A stretch of DNA of 64,000 bases from Patescibacteria group bacterium (GTDB lineage: Bacteria; Patescibacteriota; Minisyncoccia; Portnoybacterales; GWB1-42-6), in contig JAKLIA010000001.1 in assembly GCA_022709865.1 (NCBI GenBank), forward strand, positions 297,273-361,272, in the 5' to 3' direction. Below the pieces are notes generated by a model, which was not told the origin of the DNA, ran no database searches, and was given only the letters and a program-made list of their open reading frames with translations. Positions 19,433-28,939 of the stretch are shown here, in pieces; the stretch's first letter is position 1, and every line of letters begins with the position of its first letter. Position numbers and translations under genes: made by a program.

Positions 19433-20095
19433 ATGGATGAACAAATCCCGCAACAAAATCAAGCCGCGCCAACGCCTCCGCCAACCCCGATAAGCGCTTT
19501 GCAGAAAGACGTGATGCTTTCTGCCGCCATTGGATTGCTTTGCGCTATTTTTATTTTTCCGATAGCGCAAAATCTGGAGATGAAACAGTCTTTGGCTTGG
19601 ATCTTGGTGTTTGCTTTGCCGATTTTATCTGCTTTAGGCATGAGAGCGGCTTATTGGCTGGCCCAGAAAATAAAAGTTTTTTATCAAATAGCGAAGTTTG
19701 GCTTAGTGGGCGCGCTCAATACTTTGGTTGATTGGGGGATTTTAAATCTGTTGATGTTTTTAACCAGCATTACTTCCGGTTATATGTTCTCGGCTTTTAA
19801 GGGCATATCGTTCTTGGTGGCTATGGCCAATAGCTATATCTGGAATAAGTTTTGGACCTTTAAAAAAGCGGATGAAACGGTTAAGGGCGGCGCCAAAGAA
19901 ATGTTGCAGTTTTTTATTGTCAGTTTAATAGGGTTTGCTTTGAATGTGGGCGTGGCCACTTTGCTGGTTAATGTTTGGGGGCCGCAGTGGGGGCTGAACG
20001 CAGCGCTTTGGGCTAATGTTGGAGCTTTAGCCGGAACACTTTTGGGTTTGGTCTGGAACTTTTTAGGATACAAGCTGATAGTTTTTAAAAGCTAA
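19433..20095 (+). CDS. GtrA-family membrane protein (polysaccharide synthesis/flippase-associated)
   Basis: C-terminal ~120 aa with 4 TM helices and KFGLVGALNTLVDWGILNL ... YIWNKFWTFK motifs typical of GtrA; extra N-terminal 2-TM extension. Confidence 0.6.
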   Translation: MDEQIPQQNQAAPTPPPTPISALQKDVMLSAAIGLLCAIFIFPIAQNLEMKQSLAWILVFALPILSALGMRAAYWLAQKIKVFYQIAKFGLVGALNTLVDWGILNLLMFLTSITSGYMFSAFKGISFLVAMANSYIWNKFWTFKKADETVKGGAKEMLQFFIVSLIGFALNVGVATLLVNVWGPQWGLNAALWANVGALAGTLLGLVWNFLGYKLIVFKS

Positions 20096-20111
20096 TTTTT
20101 GAAAAGACAAT

Positions 20112-20143
20112 AAAAACCCTGCTTCAGCGGGGTTTTTTGTTTG
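20112..20143 (+). terminator. rho-independent terminator
   Basis: aaaaaccctgcttcagcggggttttttgtttg. Confidence 0.75.
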
Positions 20144-20182
20144 TAATTGAAAAAGGCGGTATACTTGGTTTATACTAAAGTT

Positions 20183-21298
20183 ATGGAGAATCTCGTTTTA
20201 TACCGTAAATATAGGCCAAAAACCTTTAACGAGGTAATGGGCCAGGACCATGTGGTGCGAACTTTAACCAACGCGTTGTCGCTTAATAAAGTGGCGCACG
20301 CTTATTTGTTTTGCGGTCCGCGGGGGACGGGTAAAACAACAGTAGCGCGATTATTAGCCAAATCTGTAAATTGTGAAAATAGAAAGGGATCAGAACCGTG
20401 CAACAAGTGTGCTGCTTGCACAGAAATTAATGAAGGCCGAGCAATGGACCTGATCGAAATCGACGCGGCTTCCAATCGCGGCATAGACGAGATCCGCGAG
20501 TTGCGAGAAGGTATTAAGTTTGCGCCGGCTAAATTGAAATATAAGGTTTTTATCATCGATGAAGTGCATATGTTAACTAAGGAAGCCTTCAATGCGTTGC
20601 TGAAAACTTTGGAAGAACCGCCGGCCCACGCTATTTTTATTTTGGCCACCACCGAAACCCATAAAGTTCCGCAAACCATAATTTCGCGCTGCCAGCGGTT
20701 TGATTTTCATAAATTAACCTTGAATAAAATAGTTGAGCGCTTAAAAGGGATTGCTAGCGCCGAAGGAGTGAAAATTGATAAAGGAGCGTTGGAATTGATA
20801 GCCTTAAACGCCGATGGCGCGGCACGCGATGCCGAATCTCTTTTGGGGCAAGTGATGGCGATGGAAGATAAAAATATAACTTTGGTTGAAGCACAAACGA
20901 TTTTAGGCGCTACCGATATTGGCGCGGTTATGGAGGTGGCTGGCTTCTTAATTAAAAAAGACGCTAAAAGCGCGCTAGGATTTATTAATAAATTGGTCGA
21001 GGACGGTTATGAGCTTGGCCAATTTGCCAAATCTTTAATAAATTATTTACGCAAAATGATGATTTTAGCTTCCTGGAAACAGGATGGCGAGATGGAAAAG
21101 ATTCGCCAATTGATCGCGCCAGAATTGACGGACGAGCAATTTAAGATTATTTTGGAACAAGGACAAAAGCTATCCAGCGGAGATTTTATCAAGCTTTTGC
21201 GTTTGTTCATTCGCGCGGAAAACGAAACTAAGTTTTCCTCTCTGCCTCAGTTGCCGTTGGAGCTGGCAGTGGTGGAATGGGCGGGAGAAACAAAATAA
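20183..21298 (+). CDS. dnaX: DNA polymerase III subunit gamma/tau, short form
   Basis: LYRKYRPKTF...GQDHVV...FCGPRGTGKTT clamp-loader AAA+ motifs and Zn-binding CNKCAAC; start moved to MENLVLYRKYRP (ATG 20183), the track ORF begins at 20147. Confidence 0.85.
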   Translation: MENLVLYRKYRPKTFNEVMGQDHVVRTLTNALSLNKVAHAYLFCGPRGTGKTTVARLLAKSVNCENRKGSEPCNKCAACTEINEGRAMDLIEIDAASNRGIDEIRELREGIKFAPAKLKYKVFIIDEVHMLTKEAFNALLKTLEEPPAHAIFILATTETHKVPQTIISRCQRFDFHKLTLNKIVERLKGIASAEGVKIDKGALELIALNADGAARDAESLLGQVMAMEDKNITLVEAQTILGATDIGAVMEVAGFLIKKDAKSALGFINKLVEDGYELGQFAKSLINYLRKMMILASWKQDGEMEKIRQLIAPELTDEQFKIILEQGQKLSSGDFIKLLRLFIRAENETKFSSLPQLPLELAVVEWAGETK

Positions 21299-21304
21299 AA
21301 ATAT

Positions 21305-21376
21305 TGCCCGGTAGCCAAGTGGTAAGGCAGAGGCCTTTGAAGCCTCCATTCGTAGGTCCGAATCCTACCCGGGCAA
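21305..21376 (+). tRNA. tRNA-Gln (anticodon UUG)
   Basis: Hand-folded cloverleaf: 7-bp acceptor TGCCCGG/CCGGGCA, D-arm GCC..GGC, anticodon stem GAGGC/GCCTC with loop CTTTGAA, T-arm GTAGG TCCGAATC CTAC; no encoded CCA. Confidence 0.75.
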
Positions 21377-21406
21377 CACTATTTATAAGGGCGGAGGGCT
21401 ACCCTT

Positions 21407-21901
21407 TTGTTATTTGTTATGGCGCTAGAAACTAAAAAGAAAATCACTTTTTGTAAAAAATGCGTCTTGTCTTCTAACTTGCCAGGAGTTGTCATCAAGG
21501 ATGGAAAATGTTCTGTTTGCTTGGCAGAAGAGGAGCTCGAAAAAAGGTTTAGCCGAAAAGAATATATAGAAAAAATGAAGGGCGTTTTTGCCCAAGCTAA
21601 GGCAAAGAAACGCTGCTATGACGTTGTGGTTCTCTTCAGTGGGGGAAAGGACAGTTCTTATCTAATACACTTATTAAAAAACACTTACAAACTAAGGGTT
21701 TTGGCCTTGGCAATAATTCACCCTTTGGTTAATGGATTGTCTTTGAAAAATATGGAAGAAATATCGGGGCGGCTGGGAGTTGAATTGATGAAGTTTTATA
21801 TAGACGGAAATTTGTTCAAAAAATATTTAGGCCAAGGAATAAAATTAAGCTTCAATGATAAAATGGGCCCCATTCGGCTTGCGATTTATGCAATTATTTA
21901 A
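21407..21901 (+). pseudogene. N-terminal fragment of a PP-loop N-acetyl-sugar amidotransferase (WbuX-like)
   Basis: Zn-ribbon CKKC...CSVC immediately followed by PP-loop SGGKDS with conserved spacing (DVVVLFSGGKDS...PLV); ORF stops at 164 aa versus ~370 expected; low-GC DNA. Confidence 0.45.
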
Positions 21902-21933
21902 AACACGTAGCAGCTTTTAATATTGCGATCTTA

Positions 21934-22593
21934 ATGAAAATCCCGGTGGTGGCAAGCGGAGTTGATTTTCATCAAGCGCCCCCTGTTTTTCTGGCAGGCC
22001 AAGAAAAAGTTTCTTTTTTCAATTCTTATTTGCGTGAATGCAAAAATATTTTTCAGAAGATATTTAAGAATAAATACAGGAACACGATTTACGATCTGAA
22101 CATTGAAAAACTCGGCGCCGACGACCTTCCCGATATAGTTTTTCCCTTAACCTTTATAGACTATGACCATAAGCGAGAAATTAAGAAGCTTTCTGATAAA
22201 AAGATCTTTGATGCGAATAAATTAGATCCCTTGGATACTAATTGTAGCGCCCTGTCATTATTCAATTATTTATCTTATAAAAAGTTTAAAACCGCATTAT
22301 CCGTTTCTTTTATCGCCAGAGAGATAAGGCAAACCGGTAAATATACTAATTTTTTTGACCAGAAAAAGCATGATAAAGGATTCTATTTTTCTTTTATTAA
22401 AGAATGGATAAAATTAATGGACTTAATCATAAAAAACAAAATAAGGTCAGATAATCATCAAAAAATAAAAAAAGAGTGCCCCTTTTTATACAAGAACTTT
22501 AACCAGTCGCAATTAGATAAAATAATTAAAAAAATAAATGGATCTTTAGGCTATATTAAATATTTTAAAATTAACCTGAAGAACTTTACTTAA
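21934..22593 (+). pseudogene. probable C-terminal remainder of the split amidotransferase (different frame), Lys-rich
   Basis: 219-aa ORF starting 33 nt after the fragment in another frame; combined length ~383 aa fits the family; very AT-rich. Confidence 0.3.
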
Positions 22594-23133
22594 ATGAATA
22601 ATAACCGTGTTGGTAAAATAGCAATTAACGTTTTTGCCGGATCTGTTCTTTTGCTCGTGGCTGCTGGTGCCTGTTATTTTTTAATTGTTCAAAAAAAATC
22701 TGCTATCAGCAATTTTGAACAATGCGCGGCGGCCGGGAACTCCATAATAAAAAACTATCCGCGCCAGTGCGCGGCTGGAGGCAAAACTTTTACGGAAAGT
22801 GTTTCTGTCGGCAATGATAAAATAAAAGTAGAGATGCCTTTAGCGAGTGCCTTAGTGCAAAGCCCGCTAAAAATAAAAGGGCAGGCGCGCGGAACCTGGT
22901 ATTTTGAAGCTTCTTTTCCCGTTAAACTAATTGATAGCAATGGCAAAATCTTAGCTAGCGCCCCAGCACAAGCGCAAGGCGATTGGATGACGGAAGATTG
23001 GGTGCCATTTGAACTGTCTCTTAGCTTTGATGCGCCGCAAAGCGCTTCCGGCGTTTTAATTTTGCAAAAAGACAATCCGTCCGGCTTACCGGTCAACGAC
23101 GATTCTATCTCTGTGCCGGTGCGTTTTAAATAA
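22594..23133 (+). CDS. membrane-anchored exported protein, possible Ig-like (Gmad2-like) domain
   Basis: N-terminal TM/signal anchor, beta-rich C-terminus; weak similarity by eye only. Confidence 0.35.
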   Translation: MNNNRVGKIAINVFAGSVLLLVAAGACYFLIVQKKSAISNFEQCAAAGNSIIKNYPRQCAAGGKTFTESVSVGNDKIKVEMPLASALVQSPLKIKGQARGTWYFEASFPVKLIDSNGKILASAPAQAQGDWMTEDWVPFELSLSFDAPQSASGVLILQKDNPSGLPVNDDSISVPVRFK

Positions 23134-23192
23134 AATTGACTGAGGCGGGTTAATTGGTTAAACTTATCAGGTATTAACTTTATAAAAGTCTC

Positions 23193-24140
23193 ATGCAAGA
23201 TAAAAAAATAATTATCGTCAGTTTAGCCTTAGTAGCCATAATCGCAGGCGCTTATTTTTTTACAACTAAAATGGGCTCGGCTTCCGCTGGCCAGCTGGAA
23301 GCAATGAGGGTGAAGGCGGAAAAGTTTATAAATGAAAAAATGGTAGAAGCTGGAACCAACGCGACGGTCAAAAGCATCGTGGAAGAAGGGGGAATGTATA
23401 AGGTCTTTGTAAGCATTGGAAGCCAAGAACTATCCGCTTATATAAGCAAGGATGGGAAAAACTTTTTTCCCCAAGCGGTGAGCATGGAAGAAGAAGTATT
23501 GCCAAGCGTTGAGCCGGTAGTTGTTCCGAAAACCGATAAGCCCTCGGTGGAGCTGTTTGTGATGAGCTACTGCCCTTACGGTTTGCAGGCGGAGAAAGGG
23601 ATTTTGCCGGTATTAGATATTTTAGGCTCTAAAATCGATTTCCAATTAAAGTTTGTTGATTACGCTATGCACGGCGACAAAGAAATTGCCGAAAACTTGC
23701 AACAATATTGCATCCAGAAAAACACGCCCAGCAAATTGGAAGCTTATTTAGAATGTTTCAATGCTCAAGGCGATGCTAAAGCCTGTTTGGCTTCAGCTAA
23801 AATAGACTCTTCGTCTTTAACCAGCTGTATTAGCCAAACGGATAGCCAATTTAAAATCACAGCTAAAGCAGCCGACAAGAACCAATGGGAAGCCTCTTAT
23901 CCTCCTTTTGATATAAACAAAGAAGATGTTGTTAAATATGGAGTTCAGGGTTCGCCGGTGCTAGTGATCAACGGCACAACTGTTAAGTCTAGCCGCGACC
24001 CCCAATCATTATTAAGCTCTATCTGCTCTGGTTTTAATAATCAGCCGAGCGAATGCCAGCAGGCATTATCAGGCGACACTCCGGTAGCCGGATTTGGCGA
24101 CGGAACGGGCGCTAGCACCAGCAGCAGCTGCGCTAATTAA
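23193..24140 (+). CDS. membrane-anchored exported hypothetical protein (Cys-containing)
   Basis: N-terminal TM, 315 aa, several Cys incl. SYCPYG; no confident family. Confidence 0.35.
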   Translation: MQDKKIIIVSLALVAIIAGAYFFTTKMGSASAGQLEAMRVKAEKFINEKMVEAGTNATVKSIVEEGGMYKVFVSIGSQELSAYISKDGKNFFPQAVSMEEEVLPSVEPVVVPKTDKPSVELFVMSYCPYGLQAEKGILPVLDILGSKIDFQLKFVDYAMHGDKEIAENLQQYCIQKNTPSKLEAYLECFNAQGDAKACLASAKIDSSSLTSCISQTDSQFKITAKAADKNQWEASYPPFDINKEDVVKYGVQGSPVLVINGTTVKSSRDPQSLLSSICSGFNNQPSECQQALSGDTPVAGFGDGTGASTSSSCAN

Positions 24141-24145
24141 CAAAT

Positions 24146-24487
24146 ATGAAAAAATACCTAAAAAACCACATTAATTTTATAGAGGGCATTTTAGCTAAAG
24201 AAGGCGCAGCTTTTGATTGGAGCTCTTTAAGGGAATCCCATCGTATACAAATCGGGTTTTTGCAGCATGAGCGGCTAATCCATCTTTTAGTGACCTTATT
24301 CTTTGGGGTGGTATTCTTTTTTTCTGTTACTTTTGGTTTGTTTCTGGGGTATTTAGAGTTTTTAGCTTTGAGCGCTATCTTGCTGGTGATGCTGGTTTTT
24401 TATGTTTGGCATTACTTTGTTCTGGAGAACGGAGTGCAAAAACTGTATCGCTTGGATAATGAAATTAGCGAGCATTTGAAAAAATAG
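24146..24487 (+). CDS. small membrane protein (hypothetical)
   Basis: 113 aa with two hydrophobic helices. Confidence 0.35.
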   Translation: MKKYLKNHINFIEGILAKEGAAFDWSSLRESHRIQIGFLQHERLIHLLVTLFFGVVFFFSVTFGLFLGYLEFLALSAILLVMLVFYVWHYFVLENGVQKLYRLDNEISEHLKK

Positions 24488-24606
24488 CCCTTGATGTATA
24501 TTTGCCATTTTTAAAGTTTCGTGGTAATCTTTATTTAGATTAAGCGAAGTTGATAAACACTGCTTTCGGGCAGTTTTTAGTTTCCCTCGCTTTGCTCGGG
24601 ATAAAT

Positions 24607-24616
24607 TGTATATAAT
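24607..24616 (+). promoter_or_regulatory. candidate extended -10 (TGtATATAAT) for typA
   Basis: tgtatataat ~30 nt upstream of the typA ATG, after a small hairpin/T-run at 24559-24584. Confidence 0.3.
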
Positions 24617-24645
24617 AATAGAAGCGTCCCAAGAAGTTTAAAATT

Positions 24646-26442
24646 ATGGAGATTCGCAACATTGCCATTATTGCCCATGTGGACCACGGAAAAACGCGTT
24701 TAACCGACGCGCTGCTTTCCCAAACCGGCGCGGCTAAGGAAGGCGTAAGCATGGATTCCAACGATTTGGAACAGGAGCGGGGCATTACTATTTATTCAAA
24801 GAACGCGTCTATTGAATATAAAGGCACAAAGATCAATATCGTGGATACGCCAGGCCACGCGGATTTTGGTTCGGAAGTTGAGCGCATTTTGCGTTCCATT
24901 GATTCGGTGTTGCTGGTAGTGGACGCCCAGGAAGGCCCAATGCCGCAAACCAAGTTTGTGCTGAAAAAATCTTTGGAGTTGGGGATTAAACCGATAGTCG
25001 TTATTAATAAGATAGACAAGCCCGCCGCTAGGCCCGAATGGACCCACGAGGCGGTCCTGGAGCTTTTTATGGACCTGGGCGCCAATGAAGAGCAATTGGA
25101 TTTTAAAACTGTTTTTGCTATTGCTAAACAGGGGATTGCCAAGATGAATCTGGCTGATGAATCAGATAATTTGACTCCACTGCTGGACACAATTTTGCGG
25201 GAAGTGCCTGTTGCTTCTTCGCCAGAATTAGTCGCCAAGGAACTGAGGCTGCAGCCATTTAATTTGGCTTACGATAATTTTTTGGGGCGCTTAGCTATCG
25301 GGCGGATATACGAAGGAATTATTAAATCCGGGATGAATGTGCAGGTAAAAAAGCCGACCGGGGAAAATCGAAGCGGAAAGATCACTAAGATCTTTTCATT
25401 CAGGGGCCTAGAAAGAATTGAGGCGCAAGAAGCCCAGGCCGGAGATATTGTTATGGTGGCGGGGCTACCCGATATTTTTATCGGCGAAACGATTTGCCAA
25501 AATGAATCCCAGGAAGCTTTGCCGGCTATTAATATTGATGAGCCAACGATCTCTCTGAACTTTTTAGTTAACAGTTCGCCATTTGCCGGCCGTGAAGGCA
25601 AGTTCGTGACCACGCGCCAGATCCGCGAACGATTGGAACGGGAACTGGAAGTGAACGTCGGCTTGAAAGTAGATTTTTCGGCTAATGATTATTTTAAAGT
25701 TTACGGCCGTGGCGAATTGCATATTGCGATCTTGTTGGAAAACATGCGGCGCGAAGGCTACGAGCTCCAGGTTTCCCAGCCCCAAGTTATCATTAAAGAA
25801 GAGAGTGGGAAAAAATTAGAGCCATTTGAGGAATTAACGATTGATATTCCCAGCGACATGGTGGGAACGGTTATGGACAAGTTGGCGCGGCGGAAAGGTA
25901 CAATGATGACGATGAATCCGGAGCAAAGCCATATGCGTTTGATCATGGAAATCCCCACGCGCGGTTTCTTGGGCTATCGGAGCGAGTTTGTGGTGGATAC
26001 TCGGGGTGAGGGAATCTTGAGCAGCCGCGTTATAGGCTTTAAGCCTTATGCGGGCGAGATTTCGCGGCGCGAGGTGGGTTCAATGGTCTCTATGGCCACC
26101 GGCAAAGCTTTGGGATTTTCTTTATATAATTTGCAAGAGCGCGGCGTGCTTTATATTAACGCGGGCATTGAAGTCTACGAGGGAATGGTAATCGGCAATG
26201 TTTCCAAGGGAGAGGATTTGAATGTTAATCCGATCAAGGGGAAGCAATTGACCAATATGCGTTCCAAGAGCTCGGACGAATCTATTGATCTGGTTCCGCC
26301 GATAGAATTAACCTTGGAGCGGGGACTGGAAATTATGAACGCGGATGAATATTTAGAAGTGACGCCAAGCAGTGTGCGGTTGCGCAAGCAGTTGTTGACG
26401 GCTATCGATAGGACGCGCGCCGGCAGGAAAGAAAATAAGTGA
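24646..26442 (+). CDS. typA: translational GTPase TypA/BipA
   Basis: AIIAHVDHGKTRL, DTPGHADF and NKID G-motifs; 598 aa with EF-G-like domains. Confidence 0.9.
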   Translation: MEIRNIAIIAHVDHGKTRLTDALLSQTGAAKEGVSMDSNDLEQERGITIYSKNASIEYKGTKINIVDTPGHADFGSEVERILRSIDSVLLVVDAQEGPMPQTKFVLKKSLELGIKPIVVINKIDKPAARPEWTHEAVLELFMDLGANEEQLDFKTVFAIAKQGIAKMNLADESDNLTPLLDTILREVPVASSPELVAKELRLQPFNLAYDNFLGRLAIGRIYEGIIKSGMNVQVKKPTGENRSGKITKIFSFRGLERIEAQEAQAGDIVMVAGLPDIFIGETICQNESQEALPAINIDEPTISLNFLVNSSPFAGREGKFVTTRQIRERLERELEVNVGLKVDFSANDYFKVYGRGELHIAILLENMRREGYELQVSQPQVIIKEESGKKLEPFEELTIDIPSDMVGTVMDKLARRKGTMMTMNPEQSHMRLIMEIPTRGFLGYRSEFVVDTRGEGILSSRVIGFKPYAGEISRREVGSMVSMATGKALGFSLYNLQERGVLYINAGIEVYEGMVIGNVSKGEDLNVNPIKGKQLTNMRSKSSDESIDLVPPIELTLERGLEIMNADEYLEVTPSSVRLRKQLLTAIDRTRAGRKENK

Positions 26443-26481
26443 TTAAGTGGATAAGTGATTGAGTGTTTGAGAAAAAAAGAT

Positions 26482-26514
26482 AAAAACCCCGCTAATTGCG
26501 GGGTTTTTTGTTTG
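26482..26514 (+). terminator. rho-independent terminator after typA
   Basis: aaaaaccccgctaattgcggggttttttgtttg. Confidence 0.8.
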
Positions 26515-26530
26515 TGATATAATCTAAGTA

Positions 26531-26899
26531 ATGCAACATGGGGATTTTGAAAAACTAGTAGAAGAAGCTATAGATGAGATACCGGCCGATTTCTTAGCTC
26601 GGTTAAAAAATGTAGCAATCGTGGTTGAGGATGAGCCTAGCGCCGAGCAACTAGCTAAGTTAAGATTGCGCAAAGATCTGACTTTATTAGGGCTATACGA
26701 AGGAGTGCCTTTAACGCAGCGCAACGCTGGCTATGGCATGGTGCTGCCGGATAAAATATCAATTTTTAAAAACTCGATTGAGCTTATAGCGCAAACGCCG
26801 GGAGAAATAAAAAAAATAGTGCAGGACACCGTTAAACACGAAATAGCGCATCACTTTGGCAGCGACGAACGCGGTGCCAATAAAGCAGCTAAACATTAA
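26531..26899 (+). CDS. zincin-like metallopeptidase-fold protein (DUF1025-like)
   Basis: 122 aa with HEIAHHFG motif near C-terminus. Confidence 0.5.
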   Translation: MQHGDFEKLVEEAIDEIPADFLARLKNVAIVVEDEPSAEQLAKLRLRKDLTLLGLYEGVPLTQRNAGYGMVLPDKISIFKNSIELIAQTPGEIKKIVQDTVKHEIAHHFGSDERGANKAAKH

Positions 26900-26934
26900 T
26901 AATCATTAATTAAATAATAATTAATTTAAAATAT

Positions 26935-27720
26935 ATGAATGAAGAAAAAGACATCAATTTGAAGGTTATTCCGCCGGCAAAATATTTGCCTTGGGTGGCG
27001 GTAGGGGTGGCAGCGATGCTAATGATATTTTTAGCCGCGGCTACTTATACCCAAGTTCTTCAAGGGCGCTATGCCGGGCAGGAAGCGCAGTATAAAAATA
27101 TTATTTCCGTTTCCGGCGAAGGCAAGGCTGTGGGCAAGCCGGATATCGGGCAAATAAGCCTTTCGGTGATATCTAATGCCTCAACTGTGGCGGTGGCGCA
27201 AAAAGATAACACGGAAAAAATGAATAAGATCGTGGCAGCGATGAAAGAGGTTGGTATAGAAGAAGACGATCTAAAAACCGCTACCTATAATCTGTATCCG
27301 CAATACCAATATACTTCCGGCAGGAGCACGATTATTGGCTATGAAGTTTCCCAAACCTTGGAAGTAAAAATAAGGGACTTGGATAAAGTAGGCGATATTT
27401 TAGGCAAGGCCACGGCGGCCGGCGCCAATCAGATGGGCTCTTTAACTTTAACTTTTGACGATCCAGAAGAATTAAACGCCGAGGCTCGCCAGAAGGCAAT
27501 TGATAATGCCAAGGAAAAAGCCCAAAAATTAGCAGCGGCGCTAGGCGTTTCTTTGGGCAAAATAACTAGCTTTAGCGAAAATAACTCTGGAGATACGGCT
27601 ACCATGTATTCTTATAGCGAAAAAGCCGTGGGTATGGGCGGTGCTAGCTCCGTGCCTAATATCCAAACAGGCCAGAACGAGATTCAGGTTAATGTAAATA
27701 TTGCTTACGAAATATATTAA
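26935..27720 (+). CDS. SIMPL-domain (DUF541, BP26/OMP28-like) protein
   Basis: N-terminal TM, ISVSGEGKA...PDIGQISL pattern and overall layout typical of SIMPL family. Confidence 0.6.
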   Translation: MNEEKDINLKVIPPAKYLPWVAVGVAAMLMIFLAAATYTQVLQGRYAGQEAQYKNIISVSGEGKAVGKPDIGQISLSVISNASTVAVAQKDNTEKMNKIVAAMKEVGIEEDDLKTATYNLYPQYQYTSGRSTIIGYEVSQTLEVKIRDLDKVGDILGKATAAGANQMGSLTLTFDDPEELNAEARQKAIDNAKEKAQKLAAALGVSLGKITSFSENNSGDTATMYSYSEKAVGMGGASSVPNIQTGQNEIQVNVNIAYEIY

Positions 27721-27722
27721 GA

Positions 27723-28424
27723 ATGAGGCAAAACCGTTTTTTTGGTGATTTTGATTTTGGGCAAAAGTCCCTGCGGATCTCAGGCGGGGATTTTTTGCAC
27801 CAAATAAAAAATGTTTTGCGATTGGGAACAGGCGAAGAAATTATCCTGGTTAACGGGCAAAGCCAAGAAGCAATAGTAAAAATTATAACTTATGGCAAAG
27901 ATTTTGTTTCAGCGGAAATCCAAACGGTCAGGGAAAATAAAAATGAGCCGGAACGGCGCGTGATCTTATATTGCTCGATTTTAAAAAGAGAAAACTTTGA
28001 ATTGGTGGTGCAAAAGGCAACTGAGGTTGGCGTGAGCGCCATTGTGCCAGTCATCTGTGAGCACACAATAAAGACCGGTTTAAAAAAAGAGCGATTGGTC
28101 AAAATAATAAAAGAAGCAGTAGAACAATCGGGGCGCGGGATGGTGCCGGATTTATCTGAACCGATAAGTTTTGAGCAAGCGGTAAAAGAAGCGCAGCAAA
28201 ACGATGAGAACTTTTTCTTTGACCCCTCGACTTCATTCAGAGTAGATTTTGATTTTAAGAAGAAAAAGACTGTCGGACTCTTTATCGGGCCGGAAGGCGG
28301 CTGGGGCAACTTTGAGATAGATCTGGTTCGGCAGCGTGGATTTAAAATGGTCTCGTTAGGCAAATTGACGCTGCGGGGCGAAACCGCAGCCATCGTGGCG
28401 TCGTATCTGGCTTGCCAAAGCTAA
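27723..28424 (+). CDS. rsmE: 16S rRNA (uracil1498-N3)-methyltransferase RsmE
   Basis: PUA-like N-terminus and C-terminal SPOUT motif LFIGPEGGW...LRGETAA. Confidence 0.75.
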   Translation: MRQNRFFGDFDFGQKSLRISGGDFLHQIKNVLRLGTGEEIILVNGQSQEAIVKIITYGKDFVSAEIQTVRENKNEPERRVILYCSILKRENFELVVQKATEVGVSAIVPVICEHTIKTGLKKERLVKIIKEAVEQSGRGMVPDLSEPISFEQAVKEAQQNDENFFFDPSTSFRVDFDFKKKKTVGLFIGPEGGWGNFEIDLVRQRGFKMVSLGKLTLRGETAAIVASYLACQS

Positions 28425-28515
28425 GTTTTAAACTTACAAAAGTTATCCACTTTTAAGTTTTCTGTTTTCTGTTAAAATAAAAATAATAGACTAAAGTTCT
28501 TTTTTTCGAGAGGAG

Positions 28516-28884
28516 GTGTTCGTTAAAAAAAACATATCTTGGCGGAAGAAGAAGCAGTTAAGGATTGATGTGCTGGGGCCTTATTGCGAAGTTTGCGGAA
28601 CGAGGACGGAATTATTAGTCGGCCATCATACTAATGGCAGAAAGGAAAGAAAAAAAGTCTGTAAAGAAGAAGAGAGCGAAAATAAGTTTGGCTTATGCCA
28701 TTGGACCAAATGTCAAAACAGATGCATTCCTTGCGAGGTTTCTTTGCATAATGTTTATGGCGGAGGAAATAGCCCCGAGACAGAGGCTATTCAAAAGCTG
28801 CATAACGCCATGATCTTATCGTGGATTGAAATGCGTAATATCAGCGGCTGCCAAGAGACAAGCGTTCTTACTCTAGTTGTTTGA
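28516..28884 (+). CDS. Cys/Lys-rich small protein, HNH-endonuclease-like zinc finger
   Basis: CEVCGTRTELLVGHH ... NKFGLCHWTKC pattern resembling C-x2-C...HH...N...C-x2-C HNH motif; low-GC intergenic setting. Confidence 0.35.
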   Translation: MFVKKNISWRKKKQLRIDVLGPYCEVCGTRTELLVGHHTNGRKERKKVCKEEESENKFGLCHWTKCQNRCIPCEVSLHNVYGGGNSPETEAIQKLHNAMILSWIEMRNISGCQETSVLTLVV

Positions 28885-28904
28885 CTATTTTTTTATTTTA
28901 TCTC

Positions 28905-28939
28905 ACCCCGAATCTTAAATGGTTCGGGGTTTCTTTTTT
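28905..28939 (+). terminator. rho-independent terminator
   Basis: caccccgaa...ttcggggt hairpin followed by tttctttttt. Confidence 0.6.

Noticed and set aside
23570-23590. Thioredoxin/DsbA-like call for the 23193-24140 protein based on SYCPYG
   Set aside because: The motif has a single Cys (CPYG), not CxxC, which is insufficient to call a thiol-disulfide oxidoreductase.
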